Notes: a model not told the origin generated them from the sequence alone. 64,000 bases of DNA from a virus (IMGVR_UViG_3300025912_000012:1-64000); one strand, 5' to 3'; shown: positions 7,995-18,760, counted from the stretch's first letter. Made by a program: numbers and translations.

Positions 7995-8342
7995 ATGAGC
8001 ACCATGACCGTACAGCAGGTCGCGACCGCTGCGGGAGACCGGTACGCGACGATGCAGAGCGCTGCTCAGTACCCGGTGCGGGTCGTCACCCCCAGCGGGA
8101 AGGTCCGCGCCGTGACCGGGGCTGGCTTCGGGTCGCGCCTGGTCCTCCGTACCGGGGGCGACAGCGACACCAGCACCCTCACCGTGGAGCAGATCGTCCG
8201 TCAGGCGGGCGGAGACAGCAGCATGTCCGTCACCTCCCACGGGAACGTCGAGGTGACCGTCATCACCCGCACCGGGAAGACCCGGCGCGTCGTGGATGCC
8301 CGGTTCGACGGGCAGGGCGTGGTCCTCACCACCGCCAAGTGA
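7995..8342 (+). CDS. hypothetical protein with internal two-fold repeat
   Basis: SD AAGGAG; the two halves are similar. Confidence 0.85.
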   Translation: MSTMTVQQVATAAGDRYATMQSAAQYPVRVVTPSGKVRAVTGAGFGSRLVLRTGGDSDTSTLTVEQIVRQAGGDSSMSVTSHGNVEVTVITRTGKTRRVVDARFDGQGVVLTTAK

Positions 8343-8441
8343 CCTGACCCAGCTCCGGGACCCCTGAGTGCAGCGTAACCCGGAGCTGAGGTGAGGTCAC
8401 CGTGAACGGTTCACGGGATTTCTGAAGGAAGGGAAAAGAAA

Positions 8442-9038
8442 ATGACGCAGACCCTGGACATCTCTGGTGGCGTCTCCGAGGAGCAGTACCGGACAGTGCT
8501 GGAGAAGCTGCTGGATGCGTTCGAGATGTGGCGGCAGGACAACCACTGGTGCACCGACCTGTACCTGACGGTCTCCCCGCTCACCCGCTCGTTCCACTGG
8601 GACCCGGACGCCAGCGGGTGGTACTCCGGGTATGACGGGCACATGGAGGTCATCCCCGCGTATCACACGGACGAGTCTCGCGGGATGGACCTGCGGGACA
8701 TCCGTGGTCGCATCCTCAAGTATGCGAACGACCGGACCGACGTGTTCTCCCTGCAGAAGGCGAACGAATTCCTGTCCTACGCGGGTCTCCCCCCGTACGT
8801 CCCGGAGACCCCCAAGCAGAACCAGTTCTACGTGGATCTCACGGGGATCCTCGTGACCGAGCTGACCGAGGAGCAGCTCCGGGAGAAGTTCGGGAAGTGG
8901 ATGCGCCGGAACGGGTTCACCCAGAGCAGCGCCAGGCAGTACTACGAGAACCAGACCCCGTACCAGGTCATCCGGGTTCCCGAGTCGGAGCTGGCAGAAC
9001 TCGTCCCCGGGGTGGGACGCCCCACGGCACGCCCGTGA
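8442..9038 (+). CDS. hypothetical protein
   Basis: Strong codon bias, SD. Confidence 0.85.
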   Translation: MTQTLDISGGVSEEQYRTVLEKLLDAFEMWRQDNHWCTDLYLTVSPLTRSFHWDPDASGWYSGYDGHMEVIPAYHTDESRGMDLRDIRGRILKYANDRTDVFSLQKANEFLSYAGLPPYVPETPKQNQFYVDLTGILVTELTEEQLREKFGKWMRRNGFTQSSARQYYENQTPYQVIRVPESELAELVPGVGRPTARP

Positions 9039-9264
9039 CCTGCCCTGAGTGTTCCCGGAGATTCCACGGGATCTTCCGCAGGTTCCGGTGGATGGCTCAC
9101 GGGATCACGGATCACTGCGTCAGTTAGGAGTGACGATGAAAAGCAAGCTGTACACGATCCCCCGCAACTCGTTCCGGAGGGTCACCCCCGGACAGGGCGC
9201 GTTCTTCGCGGGTCTGTTCATCATGTTCGGGCTTATCGCCCTGGCGATAGCGCTCTGATAAGCC

Positions 9265-9408
9265 AGGGGTGAGCGGGAGATCCCAGCCCGGCACGTGCAG
9301 AACGTTGCATACCGAGCGGGCGAGGTCATAGCTGTCGGGTTTGTGCTTGACAGTCAGGCTGGGATTTAAGAACGAGGCGACTCTGCGCGCCTACTCCTGC
9401 TCACCCCT
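9265..9408 (+). ncRNA. candidate structured small RNA
   Basis: 15-bp closing stem with nested helices in an intergenic gap. Confidence 0.55.
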
Positions 9409-9423
9409 ACCCAGGAGGGAAAC

Positions 9424-9603
9424 ATGACATTCTGGAAATCAGCCAAAGAGCTTTTCCTGTGGCTGCTGGTCATTGTCAAGTTCGCGGGGATCATCGCGGG
9501 CTGCTACGGGATCGCGCAGGCTTTCGAGCACATCGATGACATCCATCACGACACTCACGTGATCTGCCTGCAGGTCACCCACAACTCGCATAGCTGCAAG
9601 TGA
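9424..9603 (+). CDS. small membrane protein
   Basis: SD AGGAGG; MTFWKSAKELFLWLLV... Confidence 0.7.
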   Translation: MTFWKSAKELFLWLLVIVKFAGIIAGCYGIAQAFEHIDDIHHDTHVICLQVTHNSHSCK

Positions 9604-10010
9604 TGCGACGCTTCAGGCTAAGGCGCACCCTGCGCAGGCTGTACGGGAAAAAGTCAGGTATCGAGTGGGTGTTTCATGCTCCCGCTGGTCAGCCCTGCCC
9701 CGCATGCCTGGTGCTGAGCATCCACGAGCCGCCATGCGGATGCGGGCATTGTCCCGTGCCAGTCACAGAGGTGATACATAAATCCCTCTCCGAAAGAATG
9801 AAAGAACTAGGACTGTAAGGAAAAGGATCATGTTCGCAGCAATACTCCGTAACAAGTGGATCACGGTAACGCTCTGCTCGTACGAGGTTGCCGCGATCCT
9901 GGCACGGACAGAAAAGATTCCCCCGATAACAGCAGTCGTACGGAAACGCCCGTGGGTGGGTGCTGTCCTCACTGCTGCCATGGGGTACCACTTCATAGAG
10001 GAGATAAGAA

Positions 10011-10760
10011 ATGGGCAAGTTCAGGCGTCGCGGACGTAAGCACCGCAGGTCCGCGACGATCACCACTCCCCCGGAATGGCTGGATTACCCGAGGGACTAC
10101 GGGACCGGGAACCTGGGGCATGTTGTCCTGATGGGTGACTCCATCCTCGACTGCAAGCACTACACGAAGAATGACCCGGACGTGGCGCAGCGGGTCTACG
10201 AGGAGCTGGGGGAAGACTGGAAGGTCACCCTCACGGCAGTTGACGGAGCTACCACGCGCTCCCTCGGGTGGCAGATGAAGGACATCCCGTCCGATGCCAC
10301 CCGGATCATCCTCTCCATCGGGGGGAATGACGCGATGGGGGAGTCGGGGATCCTCACCGACAAGCGTGAGATGAGGATCGTGGATTCCCTCTACGAGCTG
10401 GCGCTCATGCGGGAGATGTTCAAGTACAGCTACGAGGATGTGGTACTCCCCATCCTGGAGCTGGGAATCCCCGTGACGGTATGCACCATCTACGACTGCG
10501 ACTGGAGCGACGCGGAGAAGGACGCGATCCTCACCGCGCTCTCGCTGTTCAATGACGTGATCATCCGTTTCGCGGACGAGCATGATCTCCCCGTGATTGA
10601 CCTGCGCTCCCTGCTCACCTCCCCCGAGGACTACGAGCTGACCATCGAGCCCTCCGCGATCGGGGCTGCGAAGATCGGGGCACGGATCGGGCGGCATGTG
10701 CTGGCGAATGCTCCTGCCCGCTATGACAACAACTGGTACATGGAGAATCACCAGCCATGA
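10011..10760 (+). CDS. SGNH/GDSL-family hydrolase
   Basis: Blocks VLMGDSILD, AVDGA, SIGGND, IEPS. Confidence 0.85.
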   Translation: MGKFRRRGRKHRRSATITTPPEWLDYPRDYGTGNLGHVVLMGDSILDCKHYTKNDPDVAQRVYEELGEDWKVTLTAVDGATTRSLGWQMKDIPSDATRIILSIGGNDAMGESGILTDKREMRIVDSLYELALMREMFKYSYEDVVLPILELGIPVTVCTIYDCDWSDAEKDAILTALSLFNDVIIRFADEHDLPVIDLRSLLTSPEDYELTIEPSAIGAAKIGARIGRHVLANAPARYDNNWYMENHQP

Positions 10761-11119
10761 GCGAATCACAGTTTGACCTGGCATTCGACTGGGACGGGAC
10801 ACTCACCTCAGCGGGTGCTGCCCCCGTCGGGCGTGACAATCCGGGAGTGAGCATCGATCTCACCCCGGTGAGAATGGCCCTGTCCCGTGGATTGCAGGTC
10901 GCGGTGATGACCTGTAACGACGTGGGCTATGTCGCGGCTGCTCTCTACAGGCACGGGGTTCTTGGCTACCCCGATCACGAGATGCAGTACAAGATTCCCC
11001 CTGTGTTCCTGGGTGGGTATGTGCTGGTGACAAACCGGAAGGTGCTGGCACGCAAGTACATCGATGACCGGGGGATGCACTGGCAGTTCGGGGATGACCC
11101 TGAGCTGATCTTCGAGTAA
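10757..11119 (+). CDS. HAD-superfamily phosphatase-like protein
   Basis: FDWDGTL ... YIDDRG. Confidence 0.75.
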   Translation: MSESQFDLAFDWDGTLTSAGAAPVGRDNPGVSIDLTPVRMALSRGLQVAVMTCNDVGYVAAALYRHGVLGYPDHEMQYKIPPVFLGGYVLVTNRKVLARKYIDDRGMHWQFGDDPELIFE

Positions 11120-11288
11120 GGAGAAACGATGAACGAGAAAGAGCTGGAGATTCTCACGGACATCCTCTGCGGGGATGAATCCAACGAGAGTAACGAGGTG
11201 ATCATCGACCTCGGGAACGTGTCCCACGGGGTGATCATCACTGATCGCAGTCACCCGCAGTACAACGCCTACCTGCTGGGAATGTGAC

Positions 11289-11987
11289 ATGGAATTCCTG
11301 GCACAGATGAACATCCGCTTCCCAGGGGTTCCGCATGACCAGATCGTGCGGCTCCTCGAATCCGAAGCTCTTGCCGCGAAGCCCTACCTGGAGTCAGGGG
11401 AGTTCACCCGGGCGTGGCGCTCCTGGGGTAACCACGAAGGTGACCACGGGCACGTGGCGCTGTGGACCGCTCCCAGCTCCCAGTGGGTGCGGGACAGGTA
11501 CGAGGCGTTCCCCCTCGTCAAAGGCGGGTACACGGATACCCTGGTCATCACCCCCCTGATGCACAACCCGAACGATCCTGGTCCTCACCCGCTACATATG
11601 GCGGATGCCCCGTTCCCTCTGACGTACGAGAACCTGAACAAGCATCTGGCTGAATACGGGCGGAACAGCACGGTCACCAACGAGGGTGCTACGGCAACCC
11701 TGGTGACCGGGGTTACCATTCACGATCACCCGCATTCAGGTCGTTCCCGTGAGATTCACTTCATGGTGTTCGGGCAGAAAATCGCGGAGATCGGACCTCC
11801 CACGATGCATGAGGGTGACGAGGTTGCCCCCAGGTATATCGACCTCCTCGCGTACTGGGACGGTAAGCCGGTGCATCACGATGCGTGGAAGAACCGCATC
11901 CTCGCGGACAACGGGCTGCTGTTCGATGACTACGAGAGCGCCAAGGCCGCACCCCGGACCCGGCACATCCTCGCGAGCAACCCGTGA
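11289..11987 (+). CDS. muconolactone delta-isomerase-like N-terminal domain fused to an unknown domain
   Basis: MEFLAQM...SGEFTRAWR...FPL...ITPLMHNPND resembles the CatC family. Confidence 0.65.
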   Translation: MEFLAQMNIRFPGVPHDQIVRLLESEALAAKPYLESGEFTRAWRSWGNHEGDHGHVALWTAPSSQWVRDRYEAFPLVKGGYTDTLVITPLMHNPNDPGPHPLHMADAPFPLTYENLNKHLAEYGRNSTVTNEGATATLVTGVTIHDHPHSGRSREIHFMVFGQKIAEIGPPTMHEGDEVAPRYIDLLAYWDGKPVHHDAWKNRILADNGLLFDDYESAKAAPRTRHILASNP

Positions 11988-12193
11988 TCGTCACGCTGCT
12001 CACGATAGCAGCGGTCATTCTTGCCATCGAGGCGGGGATGGTCATGGGCTGGTCCCTGACTTTCCGGGAATGTCACCCGTTCAACTGGCGGGTTTTCCTC
12101 GGACCATGGGTTTACAGGCAGTGGGCATGTAACCACTGACAGGTGAATCCGCGCAAGAACAAAGAAAATCTCACGGATCGGAACTGAAATGTA

Positions 12194-12952
12194 ATGTCAA
12201 AGATGTGCGCCTCCTACCTCAGTCTCGCGGGCAACCCTCACGGGAAACTCCCCAGGTTCTCCGCGATCGAAAGGGCGAAAGCAGCCCACGCCGCTGGCAT
12301 CCCCAGCATCGGGGTCCTGTGGAACGAGCCGCTTGACCCTGCCATCCTCAGGTACGTGCAGGTCCCGGAAGCTGAATGGTTCGACCTGTCCGAGGTCCCC
12401 GGGATTGCCATGATTGACGCGATGCGGGTGCTCCGGAACGACTACGGGGTCACCATGATCAAGACAGGGCTGTGCGCCGCTGGGTTCCCCCTGGACGACG
12501 CTGCCCGCAACCTGACCGACCTCATGGGGTTCGCGGCTACATGCGGTCTGACCGTGGCTGTGGAGCCTGTAGCGTGGGGTTCAGCCCCGTCCCTGGGTGA
12601 TACCCTCGCCCTGATGCGCGCTGCTGGTGTGGACAATCGTAGCGACGTGGGTGTCTGTTACGACCTGTGGCAGCTCGTGTACGGGAGTACTATCTCCGAG
12701 CGGTACTACGTTCCCTCCCTCGCGAAGATCGAGGTCTCCGGGGTGAGCTTCCCTGACGGGACCCCGCTGCAGGAAGCCGCGATGGACCGACCGCTGCTCG
12801 CGGATTCGATGTACGACACGCGGGGATGGGTGAGCAGGATCACCGCCCCCCGGGGTGTCCCGGTCACGTACGAGGTCCCGAATGCGCATCTACGGAACAT
12901 GCCCCTGCTCGAAACCGCTCAGGCTATCGCCATCGACATGGAAATGCTGTAG
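12194..12952 (+). CDS. sugar-phosphate isomerase/epimerase (AP endonuclease 2 TIM barrel)
   Basis: VAVEPVAW, VGVCYDLWQ, TYEVPN motifs. Confidence 0.7.
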   Translation: MSKMCASYLSLAGNPHGKLPRFSAIERAKAAHAAGIPSIGVLWNEPLDPAILRYVQVPEAEWFDLSEVPGIAMIDAMRVLRNDYGVTMIKTGLCAAGFPLDDAARNLTDLMGFAATCGLTVAVEPVAWGSAPSLGDTLALMRAAGVDNRSDVGVCYDLWQLVYGSTISERYYVPSLAKIEVSGVSFPDGTPLQEAAMDRPLLADSMYDTRGWVSRITAPRGVPVTYEVPNAHLRNMPLLETAQAIAIDMEML

Positions 12953-12964
12953 GAGGGAAAGCAC

Positions 12965-13237
12965 ATGGAAGAGAACGAGACGAACGCTATCTCCCTTGAT
13001 GCCATCCGCGCTGATCTGGTCACTGAGATCAGGGAGGCGTGGCACGAGGAGGAGACGCAGCGCAAGGCTGATGAATCCCTGCTTGAGCGTCACCTGGTGG
13101 AAATCGAGCTGGGAACCGTGTTCATCGCGGTCATCGCGATCGTCATCATGCAGCGGATGCACCTGGAAGGGCTGTGCGAGGTCGGAACCCTCGTCCCCAG
13201 CGGGCTGCTGGCTATCTTCCGGATCGTGAAGCACTGA
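12965..13237 (+). CDS. membrane protein
   Basis: SD AGGAGG; hydrophobic C-terminal half. Confidence 0.7.
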   Translation: MEENETNAISLDAIRADLVTEIREAWHEEETQRKADESLLERHLVEIELGTVFIAVIAIVIMQRMHLEGLCEVGTLVPSGLLAIFRIVKH

Positions 13238-13548
13238 TGACCATGCACCTCGGATACTCCAACTACCTGACCGCGATGGTAGCGCTGTGGTTTGATAACA
13301 ACCGCAAGCACCACGATGCGGTACGCGGTCAGGTGGAATACTTCCGCGTGATCAGCACGCACTCCGGGAAAGAATACGGGGAGGCGCGGTTCTCCGAATG
13401 GCTGGAGCGGTATGTGCGCAGGTCGATGACCGCGACATTCGAAGCCACCGGGAACGATGACAGCGTAGCCTCCACGATCCTGGAATACGGGATGGGGCTC
13501 GTGGACTGGCTCCAGCTAGCCAGGAAATACCTGAAAGGGGAATCATGA
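13237..13548 (+). CDS. hypothetical protein
   Basis: Coupled start. Confidence 0.7.
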   Translation: MTMHLGYSNYLTAMVALWFDNNRKHHDAVRGQVEYFRVISTHSGKEYGEARFSEWLERYVRRSMTATFEATGNDDSVASTILEYGMGLVDWLQLARKYLKGES

Positions 13549-13921
13549 TACTACTCAGCGGACAAGACCGGGCGGGCAGGAAGGTCGTCCTGACGCTCAG
13601 CCAGATCGACGGGCAGCGTAACCCGTTCATCGACATCTTCGAGAGCACAGGCGGTCCCGCTACCAACCTGGGGGAACGTCTCGCCTCCTTCGAGCTGACC
13701 GAGACCAATCGGGCTGAACTGAAAAAGTGGCTGTGATGTACCGGCTCATCGCAGACGGGATCCCCTGGGTTGACGGGGACGGGAATGATACCTGGACCTG
13801 TGCGGAGGCTAGTGCTCTAGCTGACATGCTGGAAACCAGGATGGGTTACACCGTGGATATGGTCCCGGTATGAGCTATCCTCGGGTCTCCTGGCGGGTCT
13901 CCTGAGAAAAAGACAGAACAA

Positions 13922-13959
13922 TCCCCCTGGGATGACTATTGCTAATCATCTCAGGGGGA
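13922..13959. terminator. strong hairpin, probable terminator or processing stem
   Basis: TCCCCCTGGGATGA/TCATCTCAGGGGGA. Confidence 0.55.
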
Positions 13960-13969
13960 CTACCAGGGA

Positions 13970-14340
13970 CTATCCTACGGGGTTGCTCTGTATGGGGTAG
14001 CTCTGCCGCAAGAGGACGCTTGCGGTCGCCAGGTAGCTTTCACTCGGGTGACAGTGCCTGTTCCTCCCTCGTAACGTGAGGGTTCCGCAGATGCTAAGGG
14101 AGTGCCGTCTCGCATCAGTACAGGCTCGCCTATGGTTTCGCTCAGGCTGCACTAAGCGCCAGCGAACAGCCGACATCGCTTGTTCTCGCTGGAGAGTGAG
14201 AAGCTACCTTCCGAGGGACCCGACTCACGGCGGGGAGTTTTTATAGAGGTCACCGCCCTCTTGACAGGAAATACAACTTAATGATAGCGGTAAAGCAAAG
14301 AACCTCGCCACTGTCACGGGACGAGGTTCTTGCCTGCGGG
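13970..14340 (+). ncRNA. candidate structured ncRNA
   Basis: Non-coding gap; multibranch domain closed by 14031-14045 / 14194-14209. Confidence 0.55.
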
Positions 14341-14389
14341 TTAGGGTTGCCGCATCTCAGCGCTGGTAACAGAAAGGATATCACAGTAA

Positions 14390-14680
14390 ATGAACTACAT
14401 CGACCAGACCTCCGCACTACTCGCGGAGAGGATTGCAGAACTACCCCCGCAACAGGCTGAATGCCCTCCTGAGCTGCTGCGTCTCTACACGCTGCTCGTA
14501 CTCACCACGGGCACAGGGACCACCCTGGAAAACGTTCACGACGCCTGGGCTATCTGGCGGGCAGAAACCCGACCGGATCACAAGGACCTAGTGTGGTTCT
14601 CCCAGCTCAGCCAGGAGACACAGGAGTGGGATCGTCCCTACATGAACGCTATCCGCGAGGTAGCGCAGGAGCTGTCATGA
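14390..14680 (+). CDS. conserved phage protein (RyR-domain-like HxxW...H..LV..L...D motif)
   Basis: VHDAWAIW...PDHKDLVWFSQLSQETQEWDRPY. Confidence 0.75.
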   Translation: MNYIDQTSALLAERIAELPPQQAECPPELLRLYTLLVLTTGTGTTLENVHDAWAIWRAETRPDHKDLVWFSQLSQETQEWDRPYMNAIREVAQELS

Positions 14681-15123
14681 ACGTATCAGACCCGAACTAC
14701 GAGATCCTCGGGGACGAAAACATCATCAATGTCTCGGACGTGAAAGAGCGGATCAGGAGACTGAAGCCCTGGCACGTGGAAGACCAGGAGGCTGGTCGCG
14801 ACCTGGGTTCGTTCGCATCTGAGCGCGGGGCGATCGGGTTCATCGGGGAGAGGTCACACCTGGTCGCGGTGGTGTACAGCGACGAGATCGATGAGCTGAC
14901 CGCGCTGCAAGCGCTCCTGAACGAGCTGGGAGACATCAGCGATGACTCCTACCTGGTCCACGATGACTACCTGGAAGAGTACGCTGAGGGAGACAGCGAG
15001 CTGCCTGCTGACAGTCCCCTGTCTCCGTACGTGGACTGGAAGAGGGTCGCGGACGACAACTACCGGGGGAACTACGCCTCGGTGTCCCTCCGTGGGGGCA
15101 CATACTGGGTGGTGACGCGATGA
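14677..15123 (+). CDS. acidic hypothetical protein (antirestriction-like C-terminus possible)
   Basis: D/E-rich; YVDWKRVADD. Confidence 0.7.
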   Translation: MNVSDPNYEILGDENIINVSDVKERIRRLKPWHVEDQEAGRDLGSFASERGAIGFIGERSHLVAVVYSDEIDELTALQALLNELGDISDDSYLVHDDYLEEYAEGDSELPADSPLSPYVDWKRVADDNYRGNYASVSLRGGTYWVVTR

Positions 15124-16457
15124 GCGAGAGGCGCAGGTTCGGGGATCAGCGTTCCTGCGGGACGTGCCAGAGTGATATCGAATTCCACGGAAAAGCTGCA
15201 GGCTGGCTGGATCGCGGAAGTAGCACATTCTGTGACACCTCCGGTCGCAAGTGGATGGATGCTGACGGGATCCCGCGAGAGTATCCGCACAGGAAGCACC
15301 GCCCCGGGTCCGTATTCACCCTCCCGGAAGGAGCACGACGGCGATGACAGCACGCAACGACTGGACTCTCGCAGGAGCCATTCAGCAGATAGCTCACGGG
15401 GATCCTGTAGCAAGGGAAACTGCGGACTCCCTGAAAACCGCAGATGCGGAAATGTGGATTTACGGATTCATCGCGGATGAAGTGAAAGACAGGCATCCGC
15501 TGATGCTGGGAGCTATCGCGGAATCCCTACTCGATGCACTGATGGGAAGAACATGATATTCGGTGAGCAGATTACCACCACCCGCATCAAGCACAGGAAA
15601 ATCCTGACCAATCAGGACGACGGGGAATGGAGTTATTATCAGGTGCAGATGCTGGTGGACCGCATCAAGGCAGAATACCTGCTGCACTTCCCGGGTCCCG
15701 AGATACCTGATGACGCCATTACGTTCACCAGTGACGGGAGTTCGCTGGTCGCGTCGTTCACCGTGGAGGAGACCAGATAGGAGGATTCATGGATATCAAG
15801 CCAGTCAGGATCAGGTGCAGGTGCAACACTTGCGGCAAGAGGTTCGCCATCATGTCCTCGATTGGACGCAGTGATATCTGTGATGACTGCGCTGATATCC
15901 TCCTGGAGATCATCTTCGGGGCGAGGTTCCGGGATATCTGCGTACTGAGGAGGAAAGCATGACAGATATGTTCCTGCTAGGGGTCGCGGATGCGGAACAG
16001 GACAGGGACTCCGGATTCGGGCTGCCCCTGGTCATCCTAGGGGAATCGCTGTACGATGACCGTTACTTTGACGGGTATACATCGCAATGGTTCCCCCTCG
16101 AAGGCGGATTGATCTCCTGCGGGAATCGCAGGGATCTCCCGAAAAAGCAGCGCATTCACGACTGGATGTGCCTCGGGTTCGACACTATGAACAAAGGCGA
16201 GAAAGGCATCTGCGAGGTGCTCGTATTCGCGTGCACTAGATGCGGAAGGGACTGGCGAGGGTGAACAGAAACGCTTGGGAGGTCGTGATCTGCCTTTCCC
16301 TGATCTCAATCGGGGTCAACATGCTCACCCACTCTCATGACGTGACTGAGATAATCCAGTTCTTCGGGGGCTGGGCAGTCACCACGGGATTCAGTATCAT
16401 CGCTGCGGAATGCTTCATCAGGGCATTCGCTGAATGGAAAAAGGAAAAGTGAGGATC

Positions 16458-16943
16458 ATGGAAAAGAACAATGAACTGCACACCTGGATCGTCATCGACC
16501 AGGATGGTGACCGCCACGAGGTGACCGCGCATTACATCGCGCAGCCGACCACGGGAGGGTATACGAATTTTATCATCGACGGGGAAGCGAATCTGGGCAT
16601 CATGTACTCGTTTTACTGCCCGAAGTCGATAACCCTGAAAGAGCCCCAGGAGCTGTCGGGTTCCTGGGAGAATTACCCGATCACGATCTCAGCTCCCCCG
16701 AGTCACGTCAACGGGTTCCGTGTCCTCGCGTGGGCTGAGAAGAAGCGCCGGGACGGGGAATACCCGAGCGGCATCGTGCTCGTGTACCGTCCGGACCATT
16801 ACCCGCACCCGTACGTCACGTGGGAGGCGTACACGCGGGACGGGGGAAAGACCTGGCTTGCGAGTGACGGAGGTTATCACGGGACTCCTGAGCGCGGGTG
16901 GGCTCGTTTCACGGAGCGCGCCACGCGTCTGGCGGAAAAGTGA
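16458..16943 (+). CDS. hypothetical protein
   Basis: SD GAGGA; operon packing. Confidence 0.7.
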   Translation: MEKNNELHTWIVIDQDGDRHEVTAHYIAQPTTGGYTNFIIDGEANLGIMYSFYCPKSITLKEPQELSGSWENYPITISAPPSHVNGFRVLAWAEKKRRDGEYPSGIVLVYRPDHYPHPYVTWEAYTRDGGKTWLASDGGYHGTPERGWARFTERATRLAEK

Positions 16944-17212
16944 GCGAGTCACGCACATCGCGGGAGCAGCGTTCTCGCGATGTGCGTTCCGCAGTCACGC
17001 AGTACGCGCTCTGGCTGCGCCCGCATATCCGGGAGACCAAGCCAGACCCCGACACGGAGGCGCTGAGCTGGCTGTATGTCGCCAGGGCTCATCTGGAAGC
17101 CCTGATCCGGATCGAGGAGCAGCGACTCGAAAGCAAAAGCGAAAACACTCCTCAAGCTGGAGGTTTGGAGTCTGGATGAGAGCGTGTTAGGATGCTTGCA
17201 GGAAGGAGAACG

Positions 17213-18454
17213 ATGAACGAACAGAACGAGCCAGCGAGTGCGGCGCTGCTAGACGAAATCCGCACGTGGTTCGAGGCTCATGTCGTCGCGGGCAGGAACC
17301 AGGTCACCGCGATGATACTCTACGCGGCAGCGGCATGGGCAGGAGGCGTGAACGGGGCTCTGATCACCATGCCCCGGATGATCCTGCTGTCCGGACCTGA
17401 ATCGGGCAAGACAACCGCGATGAACGTGACAGCGGCACTCGGACCCAACCCTGTTGACGCGGACGGGACGGCTGATGATCTCAAGTCGGCTCTCGCGGAG
17501 GCAGCCAACACCCCGGAGGATTCCCTGCGGATCTTCTTCTTCGATGAGATCGGGGAGGTGTACGGGGATGACGGGACCAACAAGGGCAGCAACCGGACGC
17601 TCAACAAGCTGCTCCGCAAGGGATACAAGCTGGGCGCGATGGACGGGAGGTCCCGCCAGGGAGTTTCCCGCAAGTTCTCGATATTCTTCCCGCTGATCAT
17701 GACCGGGAGGAATGTCGCGATCCCCGTGGACATCCGTGGTCGCACCATCGTCGTGCGGATGATCGCGGGCACCCCGGAAAGGTATTTCGATGCCCGCGAA
17801 TCGGAAAGCGAAGCAGGGGATTACGCATCCCTGCTGGGGGGTGCTGTCCGTGAGCATCTCAGCGAGATCAGGGAGTTTCGCGGACGCGGGTATCACCCGA
17901 AGCTGACGATGCGCAGGCTGGAAGTCTGGGAGCCGCTGATGGCGGTTGCGAAAGCCCTGGGCGGGCAGCGCTGGCTGAACATGTGCATGGACGCGTTCAT
18001 GGAGCTGGCACTGTCCACGGATCAGGTGGTGCTCACCCCGCGCCAGCGGTTCCTCCAGGACGTGACCAGCATCCTCGATAAGGTCGCGTTCACGCTCCCT
18101 GACGGGAGGATGTTCGCAGGCGGGGAGGCGCTCGCTGATGAGATGCGGCACCTGGATCCGGAGCGGTACGGGGACCTGGGGATGACTCAGGTGGTGGCGC
18201 GGAACATGCGCCCCGACATGTCCCCCGTGCAGGTCCGTATCGGGCAGGCGAGGACACGCGGGTACTACGCGGATGATATCCGGGCTCTGTGGGAGCGGAT
18301 CGCCCCCGAAGAGCTGCGGGCACTCGAAGAGCCAGCAGTCGAGGATCCGTTCGATGTCACAGACGGTCTCGGAGATGACTCGGAGTTGGTGTTCGAAATC
18401 TCGCCGCCAGCTGCGGCTGTCACGAAGTCACGGAGTTCGGGAGCGAAAGGATGA
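17213..18454 (+). CDS. P-loop NTPase, DUF3631-like replication-associated protein
   Basis: Walker A SGPESGKTT, Walker B FFFDE, WEPL motif. Confidence 0.75.
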   Translation: MNEQNEPASAALLDEIRTWFEAHVVAGRNQVTAMILYAAAAWAGGVNGALITMPRMILLSGPESGKTTAMNVTAALGPNPVDADGTADDLKSALAEAANTPEDSLRIFFFDEIGEVYGDDGTNKGSNRTLNKLLRKGYKLGAMDGRSRQGVSRKFSIFFPLIMTGRNVAIPVDIRGRTIVVRMIAGTPERYFDARESESEAGDYASLLGGAVREHLSEIREFRGRGYHPKLTMRRLEVWEPLMAVAKALGGQRWLNMCMDAFMELALSTDQVVLTPRQRFLQDVTSILDKVAFTLPDGRMFAGGEALADEMRHLDPERYGDLGMTQVVARNMRPDMSPVQVRIGQARTRGYYADDIRALWERIAPEELRALEEPAVEDPFDVTDGLGDDSELVFEISPPAAAVTKSRSSGAKG

Positions 18455-18463
18455 CGAGGAAAC

Positions 18464-18760
18464 ATGACGACAGTTAACCTGTGGACGATCGTCCAGCACT
18501 CCGGGTACGGATACGCGGGCAAGGACGGTTTCCGTCACGCAGTTGAGGTGCGTGCCGTGCGTAATCTCGGGGAAAAGGAGCGCGTGGAGAAAGCGGGAGG
18601 GCTGCTGTTCGATAGCTACTCCGAGGCTGACGCATTCACCTGGACCGCTAACTACCCGGAGGGAACGCAGGGTATCTACCCTGCCGCGAAAGGTACTTTC
18701 AGCGACAAGGAAATCGATGAGCTGAAAATCTACCTCCCGGTAAGGACAGCAACCGGATGA
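18464..18760 (+). CDS. hypothetical protein
   Basis: SD GAGGA. Confidence 0.75.
   Translation: MTTVNLWTIVQHSGYGYAGKDGFRHAVEVRAVRNLGEKERVEKAGGLLFDSYSEADAFTWTANYPEGTQGIYPAAKGTFSDKEIDELKIYLPVRTATG

Noticed and set aside
14261-14290. TTGACA promoter
   Set aside because: No good -10 at 16-18 bp spacing
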